Assembly: GCF_006345805.1 (NCBI RefSeq)
Contig: NW_021836666.1
Span: 1-23,197, forward strand
Length of the DNA stretch: 23,197 nt
Source of the DNA: Octopus sinensis
Lineage: Eukaryota
Reading direction: 5' to 3'
Numbering within the stretch: the first letter of the stretch is position 1; the number at the start of each line of letters is the position of its first letter. Below are positions 9,781 to 19,175 of the stretch, piece by piece. A program made the position numbers and the translations under genes. The notes beneath the pieces are model-generated. The model was not told the DNA's origin, did no database searches, and saw only the letters and a program-made list of their open reading frames with translations.

Positions 9781-10099
9781 TCTTATTATAAAAGGCAGAT
9801 TTTATCTGCCTCCCTTTGGGAGTTATACAAATCTACAATATAGGATTTCTTCAATTACAATTTACCTAGCATTTTTAAGAGTACAATGCATCGCGTCATG
9901 CCAGGTCCAGTTTTTAAAATTTAAACTCCAATTAAGCAAAATTTACAGAAAACTCACATTCTGGTGTGTATGTCAAATGTTTTGCTTAATGTGGTTACAC
10001 CACACGCAAACGCACACACACCACCAAGGGAGCGAATTGTTTCACTGACGCTATCACCCTTCTCCTCCTTTGTCTTTGCAAGTTTGCAGCTATTAAAGT

Positions 10100-10410
10100 G
10101 AAAACAGTGAATCCGACAGCGATAAAGAAAACGAATTGGTACCTGAATGGAGTGAAAATTAAAAAAACTGTTTCTTTCGGTGAGTTTTCTGAAGAAACTG
10201 GACAAGGCCACAGACTTCCCAGAAGAGTAAAGCCTTAGACTATTTCTATTTACTTTTTCGAATGAGCCTATTTGAAATCATTACGCTAAACGTAAACAAA
10301 CCGAAACAAGGATAGTTGTTATTTCCCACAAACCTTAATGAAATTAAGGTCTATTTTGCCATAAATATTATTATGGGTATCAGAAAGTTACCCAGAATAA
10401 CAAATTCTAT
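10100..10410 (+). mobile_element. piggyBac transposase N-terminal relic inside Helitron copy 1
   Basis: Frameshifted ENSESDSDKENELVPEWSEN...SFGEFSEETG and LLFPTNLNEIKVYFAINIIMGIRKLPRI (piggyBac PT..EIKAF.G..I.MG..KLP motif). Confidence 0.75.
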
Positions 10411-10631
10411 CGTAAAATTTTGTTGTATACCCAATTGAATATTAGCTAATAAACCATTTTCTATAGCGATGTTTGAACAAAATTTTAATAATTTTACAGA
10501 AAGTTACCAGAATAACAAATTCTATCGTAAATTTTGTTGTATACCAATTGAATATTAGCTAATAACCCATTTTCTATAGCGATGTTTGAACAAAATTTTA
10601 ATAATTTTACAGAAAGTTCCCAGAATACAAA
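10381..10631 (+). repeat. Tandem repeat, 2.2 units of about 115 bp
   Basis: Units start CAGAAAGTTACC at 10381, 10497 and 10610; a single unit is present in copy 2 (11529-11643). Confidence 0.95.
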
Positions 10632-11224
10632 CGAGCCCTTCTGGGTATTAGCGCGCGTCTACGATGAGTCTAAGATTTTTAAAAAATTTACCATCATATT
10701 TTTCCATTTTAATGCATTTTTTTCGCTTTTATATAAGGGAAGTAACTCTCTAAAAATATCTACGATGTGTCAACGATTTAAAAAAAAATTTACCTTAATT
10801 TTTTTCATTTTTTAATGCATTTTTTTTGCTATTTTTGGCTATAACTCTCTAAAAATGCTTATATAGTTATTTCCCTTACAACCCAGCAACGCCGGGCGAT
10901 ACTGCTAGTCTTATTATAAAAGGCAGATTTATCTGCCTCCCTTTGTACTTATAGAAATCTACAATATAGGATTTCTTCAATTACATTTACCTAGCATTTT
11001 TAAGAGTAGAATGCATCGGGTCATGCCAGGTCCAGTTTTTAAAATTTAAACTCCAATTAAGCAAAATTTACAGAAAACTCACATTCTGGTGTGTATGTCA
11101 AATGTTTTTCTTAATGTGGTTTACACCACACGCAAACGCACACACACACAAAGGGAGCGAATTGTTTCACTGACGCTATCACCCTTCTCCTCCTCCTTTG
11201 TCTTTGCAAGTTGGCAGCTATTAA

Positions 11225-11884
11225 AGTGAAAACAGTGAATCCGACAGTGATAAAGAAAACGAATTGGTACCTGAATGGAGTGAAAATTTAAAAACTGTTT
11301 CTTTCGGTGATTTTTCTGAAGAAACTGCACCAAGCCATAGACTTTCCCAGAAGAGTAAAGCCTTAGACTATTTCTATTTACTTTTTCGAATGAGCCCATT
11401 TGAAATCATTACGGCAGAAACGAAACGTTACGCTAAACGTAAACAAAACGAACCAAAGGATAGTTTGTTATTTCCCACAACCTTAAATGAAATAAGGCCT
11501 ATTTTGCCATAAATATTATTATGGGTATCAGAAAGTTACCCAGAATAACAAATTCTATCGTAAAATTTTGTTGTATACCCAATTGAATATTAGCTAATAA
11601 CCCATTTTCTATAGCGATTTTGAACAAAATTTTAATAATTTTATATATTGTTGAATTTACCTGTATCTACCTGCAAATAGAGTCACTTTGTGACAAAAAT
11701 TATAGTATAGAATTGGTTGAGGACATTTCATTAAATTATCTTCCAAAATTCACGTTAATATATTGATAAATAAGAAGTTATTGTTGTTTAATGAAACCAG
11801 ACTAATTTATGATTACGTTAGAAATTAATTGAAACACATAAGGGGTGTATTTTTGGTCCAGAAATATAGTAACGAAAGGGTTAA
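11225..11884 (+). mobile_element. Internally deleted piggyBac: transposase fragment plus right TIR and TTAA
   Basis: ORF 11264-11512 VPEWSENLKTVSFGDFSEETAPSHRL..KALDYFYLLF..FEIITAETKRYAK..FPTTLNEI, continuing after a frameshift as YFAINIIMGIRKLPRI; terminus GTAACGAAAGGG (11869-11880) then TTAA (11881-11884). Confidence 0.8.
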
Positions 11885-11990
11885 GAAAACCAAAAAAAAT
11901 TTTATTCTTTATAAATGTTGTATTCAAATAAATTTTTCTTTTAAGAATGTGTATATAACAAAGTATGTGTATATAACTACGTGACTTATA

Positions 11991-12393
11991 TCTTTATATA
12001 TAAGAGTGAAGTTTGTGTCTGTCTCCTACGATTTAGATTCTAACTACTTCCACATTTTGCGGTGCAGTGTAACCAAAACCGGGTATCTTATAGTCGTGAG
12101 TCATATCGAGCCCTTCTGGGTATTAGCGCGCGTCTACGATGAGTCTACGATTTAAAAAAATTTACCATCATATTTTTCCATTTTAATGCATTTTTTTTTC
12201 GCTATTATATAAGGGAAGTAACTCTCTAAAAATATCTACGATGTGTCAACGATTTAAAAAGAAATTTACCTTAATTTTTTTTCCATTTTAATGCATTTTT
12301 TTTTCCTATTTTTTGGCTATAACTCTCTAAAAATGCTTATATAGTTATTTCCCTTTCCCTTACACCCCGAGCAACGCCGGGCGATACTGCTAG
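11991..12393 (+). mobile_element. Complete short Helitron forming the 3' end of copy 2
   Basis: A|TCTTTATATATAAGAGTGAAG at 11990/11991 and CTAG|T at 12393/12394, i.e. canonical termini between A and T. Confidence 0.75.
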
Positions 12394-12447
12394 TATATAT
12401 ATATATGTATGTATGTATAAAGACACACGCACACATACATGTCAGTT

Positions 12448-12633
12448 GCCATGATAGATCGTTAGCCACTACACACATTTGTTTCTCACCTTGTTCTTTC
12501 TGTGTCCCTTTCTGTAGAAGAGCGTAGGCTCGAAACGTAAAAGACTTTTTCTATTCCTGAGCGTTATACTAATACCTCTGTTTGTTTTGTACACCACCTG
12601 TCTTCGTCTTTTGTTTTTTTCGTAAACTCTTCC
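12448..12633 (+). mobile_element. Penelope-like terminal repeat with hammerhead-like motif (12508-12543)
   Basis: CTTT-CTGTAGA-A-GAGC-GTAG-GCTC-GAAA-CGTA-AAAG; homologous to 13138-13340 and 5945-6052. Confidence 0.65.
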
Positions 12634-12845
12634 TATATATATACACTAATTGTTCCGTTATTAGTTCCGATCAAGAAACGCCGCACATTGCGTGAGGTGT
12701 TGTACTCTGCAATCCTTCAGGCTTTTTGGACACGCCTGTTCCATAACTATGCTATCTGGGTTTCAAATCACATTAAATCTTGCGTTTGTTAAATTTCGTG
12801 TATGTATGTATATATGTGTCTTACCTCCCCCCTCCTCCCCTCTCC

Positions 12846-12971
12846 CCCTCCTCCCCTCTCCCCTCATCTCCTCTTCTCTACACTACACCATACGACTTTA
12901 CACATCACCCCTCCTCCTCCCCTCTCCCCTCATCTCCTCTCTCTACACCACACCATACGACTTTACACATC
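12846..12971 (+). repeat. Approximately 65-bp tandem duplication in a C-rich tract
   Basis: CTCCTCCCCTCTCCCCTCATCTCCTC..CTACAC(T/C)ACACCATACGACTTTACACATCAC occurs twice. Confidence 0.85.
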
Positions 12972-13044
12972 ACATCATATATACATACATACGTCCAGAC
13001 CTCTCATACGCACTACATACTCTCTCATACACACACGCACCCTT

Positions 13045-13340
13045 ATGTTGGGGCGAGGTCATTTAACCCTGTTATCTCCCCTAATTTCGCTCTTGCGTCT
13101 CACGTTTGATCTTTGGCTTCTGGCCGAAATCAGATCGCCATGTTGATTCGCTAGCCTCTGCACGCATTTCTTTCTCTCCTTGTTTCTTTCGGTTTCTTTT
13201 CTGTGTATCTTTCTGTTGAAGAGCGTAGGCTCGAAACGTAAAAGACTTGTTTTATTTATATTCCTGAGTGCCATACTAATACAATTGTTTGTTTGTATTC
13301 CACCTGCCTTCGTCTTTTGTTTATTTTCATAAAGCTTCCC
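13045..13340 (+). mobile_element. Longer Penelope-like terminal repeat with hammerhead-like motif (13208-13245)
   Basis: TCTTT-CTGTTGA-A-GAGC-GTAG-GCTC-GAAA-CGTA-AAAGA; helix I TCTTT/AAAGA is perfect. Confidence 0.65.
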
Positions 13341-13388
13341 GTTATATATATATATATATATATGGGTGGGGTGTATACACGAAATAAT

Positions 13389-13471
13389 CCTTTCTACTAT
13401 AGGCACAAGGCCTGAAATTTGAGGGAAGAGACTAATCGATTACATCGTCCCTGGTGGAATTTGAACTCAGA
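13389..13471 (-). mobile_element. 83-bp truncated, internally deleted SINE family C with 17-bp TSD
   Basis: TGTATACACGAAATAAT at 13372-13388 and 13472-13488; the insert is the B box fused to the 3' end of family C. Confidence 0.85.
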
Positions 13472-13554
13472 TGTATACACGAAATAATAGCACTACACAG
13501 TGATGTATCTAAATGCAAACTTGCTACCAGTTCAAATATTCTTTAAATATATAT

Positions 13555-13728
13555 ACTTCGGGGGAAAGAGTAAGTCAATTATATCGACTCCAGTAATCAA
13601 CTGGTACTAATTTTATCGACCCCTAAAGGATGGTAGGCAAAATTTACCTCTGCGGAATTTGAACTCGGGACGTAAAGACAGATCAAATGTCGCTAAGCGT
13701 TTTACCCGGCATTCTAACGATTCTGCCA
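13555..13728 (-). mobile_element. SINE family C, diverged
   Basis: Reverse complement has CTGGCAGAATCGTTAG head, GAGTTCAAATTCC and the GGGGTCGATAAAATTAGTACCAG core. Confidence 0.8.
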
Positions 13729-14504
13729 GACAAACTGCAACGAAAAGAGTTTGCTGCCGCAACTCTGCAAAACATCAAAGAACACGACTCGCTTAATTAT
13801 ATTTACGGATGATACAATCTTCCATGTGTCTGGAAAATTTAACAAGCATTATTTGGGGATCGGAAAATCATATTACTACGGCAATCGAAACGAACATCAA
13901 ATGTGTTTTGCGGGATTTTGTGCAACAAATCGTTGGTCCATTTTCCTTTTTTTATTTTGTGGGGGGGAAGACATTAAGAGCTGAAACTTACCTTGGTATT
14001 CTAAAAGAGCGCGTTGTGCTACAACTAGAAGAAATCCGTCCAAGATGGAGCACCGCCTCATTTGGAGAATAAACAGTTACGGATTTTTTAAATAAAAGGT
14101 TTTCAAATCGCCGGATAGGAAGAGATGACCCGACTCCTTGGCACCCCCACCGTCGTTCCCCAGATATAAACCCCAAAGACATTTTTTTTCCTTTGTGGGC
14201 GCTATAACGAAAGCTATCACGCACCGCACTAAAGTAAAGAACTTGAATGACCTTAATGAATAATTACTGCCATTCTGCCGCCATTGCGACTGTTGATGAA
14301 GGTATGTTAAAAAGGACGGAGTCAGACACCGAATATCGCTTAGATGTCCTTCGGGCAACGAATGCGGTCCGCATAGAAATTTATTAACTATTTGTACGTA
14401 GTTCACTGCTTATTTCATATTATGCAAACATTTCAACGGTATCCTGTTTCCGTTCTAATTTTGATAAACTTTTCTAATTGTCTGATGACTTTCTGGACAC
14501 CCTG
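13729..14504 (+). mobile_element. Decayed Tc1/mariner transposon (probably DD41D/rosa-like), catalytic domain and right TIR
   Basis: Frameshifted DKLQRKEFA, IIFTDDTIFHVSGKFNKH, WGSENH, IVGPF, QDGAPPH, VTDFLNKRFSNRRIGRDDPTPW, (P)DINPKD, EYRLDVLRATN; ends CTTTCTGGACACCCTG (TIR reads CAGGGTGTCCAG). Confidence 0.85.
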
Positions 14505-14572
14505 TGTATATATATATATATATCTATATATATACATCTATATTATATACATATATATATATATATATATAT

Positions 14573-14640
<68 letters not shown>
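14505..14640. repeat. (TA)n microsatellite
   Basis: Direct reading. Confidence 0.95.
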
Positions 14641-14642
<2 letters not shown>

Positions 14643-15098
14643 AGGGGCAGGCAACAGGTTGCTTTATACCGAAAAATTAGAAATAGCAGTCAAAGACTGT
14701 TTATTTCTATTTTCTACAAAATACAAAATGTTGCCTGCCTCTTGTCTGTGTGTGTTTCTGTGTGTCTGTTTGGTTGTACCCTCACTCTGACCACGGCTTT
14801 CAACCGATTCTGATGAAAACTTGACACACACATAGCCCAATGTCATAATTCAAAACTAACGCAGCGAAAATTTTGAAAAGTTCCCCCAGTTCTGAAAAAG
14901 ATCGATAAATTCGACATGGGGTCGACAATCAGAAACACAAACCACAGGTGGTCTAGGGGACGCAACTCGACCTTTTTAACTATCAAAAAAATTTACCATC
15001 ATTTTTTCCCATTTTTTTGCTATTTTGGCTATAACTCTCTAAAAATGCTTTATAGTTATTTCCCTACAAACCCGAGCAACGCCGGGCGATACTGCTAG
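14630..15098 (+). mobile_element. Non-autonomous Helitron, third copy with a different 5' part
   Basis: The last ~110 bp (AAAAATTTACCATC...CTATAACTCTCTAAAAATGC...CCCGAGCAACGCCGGGCGATACTGCTAG|T) match copies 1 and 2; the 5' end TATAATATAAGGGGCAGG merges into the TA run. Confidence 0.8.
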
Positions 15099-15131
15099 TA
15101 TATATATATAGATATATATATATATATATAT

Positions 15132-15425
15132 GGAGGCGCAATGACCCAGTGGTTAGGGCAGCGGACTCGCGGTTGTAGGCGCGTTTCGATTCCTAGACCG
15201 GGAATTGTGAGTGTTTATTGAGCGAAAACACCTAAAGCTCCACCAGGCTCTGGCAGGGGGTGGTGGCGACCCCTGCTGTACTCTTTCGTCACAACTTTCT
15301 CTCACTCTTCTGTTGGCCTGCTTGCTTAGCCAGGGGGTGGCGTCATTTGAAAGCTAAAACAATGCGAAGCGCATTGTGGCCAGCGATGTGTAGCAACATC
15401 TGATAGCCTGGTCGGTCACGGAGAT
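15132..15425 (+). mobile_element. SINE family D, full length
   Basis: Homologous along its length to 7989-8288. Confidence 0.9.
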
Positions 15426-15492
15426 ATATATATATTGTTTGAGGTGACATGTTTACAATGGATGACGAAAATAAAGGAACATTTAAAGACAA

Positions 15493-15758
15493 TGATGGTT
15501 TCAAATTTTGCCACAAGGGCAGCAATTTAGGGGTGGAGGGTATGATTGCATCGACCCCCCGCCTCAGTGTTTAACCGAATGGATGAAAGGTAAAGTCGAC
15601 CTCGGCGGAATTTTAACTCAGAGCGTACCAGTGTTTAACCAAATGGATGAAAGGCAAAGTCGACCTCGGCGGAATTTGAACTCAGAACGTACCAACGGGT
15701 AAAATGCCGCTAAGCATTTTTGTCCAGCGCGCTAACGATTCTGCCAGCTCTCCGCCTT
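15493..15758 (-). mobile_element. SINE family C with internal 64-bp tandem duplication
   Basis: Units at 15565-15628 and 15629-15692; head ends CTGCCAGCTCTCCGCCTT. Confidence 0.85.
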
Positions 15759-15884
15759 AAATGCAAAAGACAATAATGACTTGGTGTGAAGTCCAATATG
15801 CTCGGTAATAAACATGCCCATTTGCGTTTATGTATGTGTTTGGGAACTTATGTCTGTGCATATGAAGTATATAGCTGGATACTC

Positions 15885-16160
15885 TTCTTTTACTCTTTTA
15901 CTTGTTTCAGTCATTTGACTGCGGCCATGCTGTAGCACCGCCTTTAGTCGAGCAAATCAACCCCAGGACTTTATTCTTAGTACTTATTCTATCGGTCTCT
16001 TTTGCCGAACTGGTAAGTTACAGGGGCGTAAACACACCAGCATCGGTTGTCAAGCGATGTTGGAGACAAAAACAGACAACACAAAACATACATACATAAT
16101 ATATATATATATATATATATATGTTTATTGAGCGAAATATATATATATTATATATATATA

Positions 16161-16200
<40 letters not shown>

Positions 16201-16248
16201 CATACATATACATATATATATATATATAATATATACATACATACATAC

Positions 16249-16310
<62 letters not shown>

Positions 16311-16647
16311 AGGCGCATGGCTCAGTGGTTAGAGCGTCGAGCTTACGATCGTGAGGTTGTGAGCTCGAATCCCGGACCGGGCTGCGTGTTGTGTTCTTGA
16401 GCAAGACACTTTATTTCACGTTGCACCAGTTCACTCAGCTGTAGAAATGAGTTGCGACGTCACAGGTGCCAAGCTGTATCGGCCCTTGCCTTTCCCTTGG
16501 ATAACACTGGTGGCGTGGAGAGGGGAGGTTGGTATGCATGGGTGACTGCTGGTCTTCCATAAACAACCTTGCCCGGACTTGTGTCTAGGAGGGTAACTTT
16601 CTAGGTGCAATCCCATGGTCATTCATGACCGAAGGGGGTCTTTACCC

Positions 16648-16692
<45 letters not shown>

Positions 16693-16855
16693 GACGGGCT
16701 TCTTTCAGTTTCCGTCTACCAAATCCACTCACAAGGTTTTGGTCAGCCCAAGGCTATAGCAGAAGACACTTGCCCAAGGTGCCACGCAGTGGGACTGAAT
16801 CCAGAACCATGTGGTTGGTGAGCAAGCTACTTACCACACAGCCACTCCTGCGCCT
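15885..16855 (-). mobile_element. SINE family A split by an expanded central (TA)n and a nested family B SINE
   Basis: 3' half at 15885-16075 and 5' half at 16692-16855; the same halves are contiguous at 5305-5630. Confidence 0.8.
16310..16652 (+). mobile_element. SINE family B nested in the (TA)n of family A
   Basis: Full-length homologue of 1748-2075, flanked on both sides by TA runs. Confidence 0.92.
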
Positions 16856-17364
16856 GTCAGGAGTGGCTGTGTGGATGGATGTCAATTTTTTATGGAACGT
16901 TTATGACATTAAATTACACAAAATTATGTATCTAAAATAAAATTTCATTTAAACCTTATCGATTATAGATTCTCCGATATCTGCAGTAGACTTACACAGT
17001 AAATGATTTTAGGAGACCTTGCATTTTTTTTTCGAATTTGTAATCTTGTTTACTGAGCGTTATTGAATCAGACTTTCCCCTCTTCTAAATAAATGGTGTA
17101 TTGAGCACTTTTAAGTTATTCTACTAAAAAAAAACAATATGTGTGTATATGTGTGTGTGTCAAAAATTTTCTTTTGGCTATGTCCTTGACTCTGTGTTAT
17201 ATACTTAGACACACAAAAACGCATCTACACCATACGCATACATAAATACATATATACATACATGTGGGTGTGTTTTTACATAATCTGAACACGCTTTTGC
17301 AAGCATACACGAATATATCACAGAAGTTGCGTTACCACGCACGCACGCATACACACCCAAACGA

Positions 17365-17402
<38 letters not shown>

Positions 17403-17485
17403 TATATATATTATATATATATATATATATATTATAAACACATATATATATTATATATATAAACACACATATATATATATGTATA
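17365..17485. repeat. (TA)n-rich microsatellite
   Basis: Direct reading. Confidence 0.9.
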
Positions 17486-17669
17486 CAGAGAGGGGGAAAA
17501 AAAATATAAAGGAAAGGCGATAGAACGAATGAGAGACTACGTAATGAATCTGATTGTGACTGCGTGTCTAAGGGGTGGATGGTATAAAATGTTTTCGTTA
17601 GGATATCGAGTGAATTCTTCTGAGACTTAAAGAAAAAATTTCATTTCTTAAAAATAGGCAATATATTTT

Positions 17670-19150
17670 TGGCGAAGTCGTTAGGACATCGGATTGAAAG
17701 CTCTACCGAATTTTTCCGAGTTTCTGCGCTCGGTGTTCAATTCACACCGTGTACAACAACTCTTCCTTTCATCCTTTCGGGATCAATAAAGTGAAATATT
17801 CGTCATTTACTGGATTTAATAGCATCGAGACACAAATCCTTGCTACTAAAGTTACTGGGCTTGTACCTAAATTAGAAACGTTTCTTAAGAAGGACCCGAA
17901 TTAGCAAAACTGTTAGAGCGTCGGACAAAATACTTTGGGGTATTTTTTCAACCTTTTACATTGTGAGTTCAAATCTCACTGAAATTAAACTTTGTTTTTT
18001 GCCCTTCCGTTGCGGTTAAAATACAATTCTGGTCAAAAACTAGACTCGATGGTATCGACTAAATCACCTTCTCAAAACTCTTGACCTTGTTTCCTCAGTG
18101 AAAAACAATAATAATTATTATTAATATTTATTAAAGGCGGCGAGCTGGCAGAAACGTTAGCACGCCGGTTGAAACGCTTTACGGTATTTCGTCTGTCGTT
18201 ACATTGTGTGTTCAAATTCCGCCGAGGTCGACTTTGCCTTTCATCCTTTCGGGGTCGATAAATTAAGTACCAGATGAATACTGGGGGTCGATGTAATCGA
18301 CTTAATCCGTTTGTCTGTCCTTGTTTATCCTCTTGTGTTTAGCCCTTTGTGGGTAGTAAATAAATAGGTATTTCGCTCGTCGCTATGTTCTGATTTCAAA
18401 TAACACCGAGGTCGACTTTGCCTTTCATCCTTTCGGGGTTGATAAATTAAATACCAGTGAAACACTGGAGTCGATATAATCGATTAGTTCCCCTCCCCCA
18501 AAATTTCAGGATTATTATTATTATTCAGGTAGCAAGCTGACTAAACCGTTAGCAGCCGGTCGAAATACTCGGCGGTATTTCGGCCGTCACTACGTTCTGA
18601 GTTCAAATTCTGCCGAGGTCGACTTTGTCTTTTATACTTTCAAGATCGATTAGTTTAACACTATGGTGAATGTAATTGACTTAAATCTTTCGCCAAAATT
18701 TCCAAAATTTGAAACCAATATATAATCCATTCGTGTATCTGGGCGAAATCCTTAACTTTTTTAGATTCAGAATTCAAATTCTGCCGAGGTCGACATTACC
18801 TTTCTTTTTGCAAGGGTTTGATAAAATAAGTACCAACTGATTACTGGGGTCGATGTAATCGATTTAACCCCTACCGCCCAACTGTTGGCCTTGTGCTAAA
18901 ATATGAAATTGTTATTGTTATCGTTAAGACGGTGAGATGGCAAAATCGTTAGCGCGTCGAACAAAATGCTTAGTGGTATTTCGTCGGTCTTTATGTTCTA
19001 AGTTTAAATTCTGCCGAGGTCAACTTTGTTTTACATTCTTCCGGTGATCGATAAATTAAGTACCAGTCGAACACTGGAGTAAATGTAATCGATTAGCACT
19101 CTCTACTAAAAAATTTTAGACCTTATATCCAGAGAAGAAAGGATGTCGAT
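17670..19150 (+). mobile_element. Head-to-tail cluster of about seven family C SINE units
   Basis: Units start near 17670, 17888, 18135, 18366, 18526, 18735 and 18926; each has the TTCAA(A)T box and CCGAGGTC(G/A)AC/TTTCATCC core, mostly separated by ATT-type tails. Confidence 0.82.
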
Positions 19151-19175
19151 AATGATGATCAGCAGCAGCAGCAGT

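Larger units (their letters stand above)
9781..10908 (+). mobile_element. Non-autonomous Helitron, copy 1
   Basis: Begins TCTTATTATAAAAGGCAG and ends CCC(G)AGCAACGCCGGG hairpin...CTAG (10905-10908). Contains a piggyBac relic and a 113-116 bp internal tandem repeat. Confidence 0.85.
10909..12393 (+). mobile_element. Non-autonomous composite Helitron, copy 2
   Basis: Starts with TC immediately after the CTAG of copy 1; ends CCCGAGCAACGCCGGG hairpin...CTAG (12390-12393) followed by T. Confidence 0.88.

Noticed and set aside
14802-14865. CTGATGA...GAAA as another hammerhead
   Set aside because: No helix II or helix I/III pairing; it is part of the Helitron body.
17670-19150. Regularly recurring GAGGTCGAC/TTTCATCC motif as a CRISPR-like array
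   Set aside because: The 'spacers' are homologous to each other (SINE bodies), the DNA is eukaryotic and there are no cas genes.
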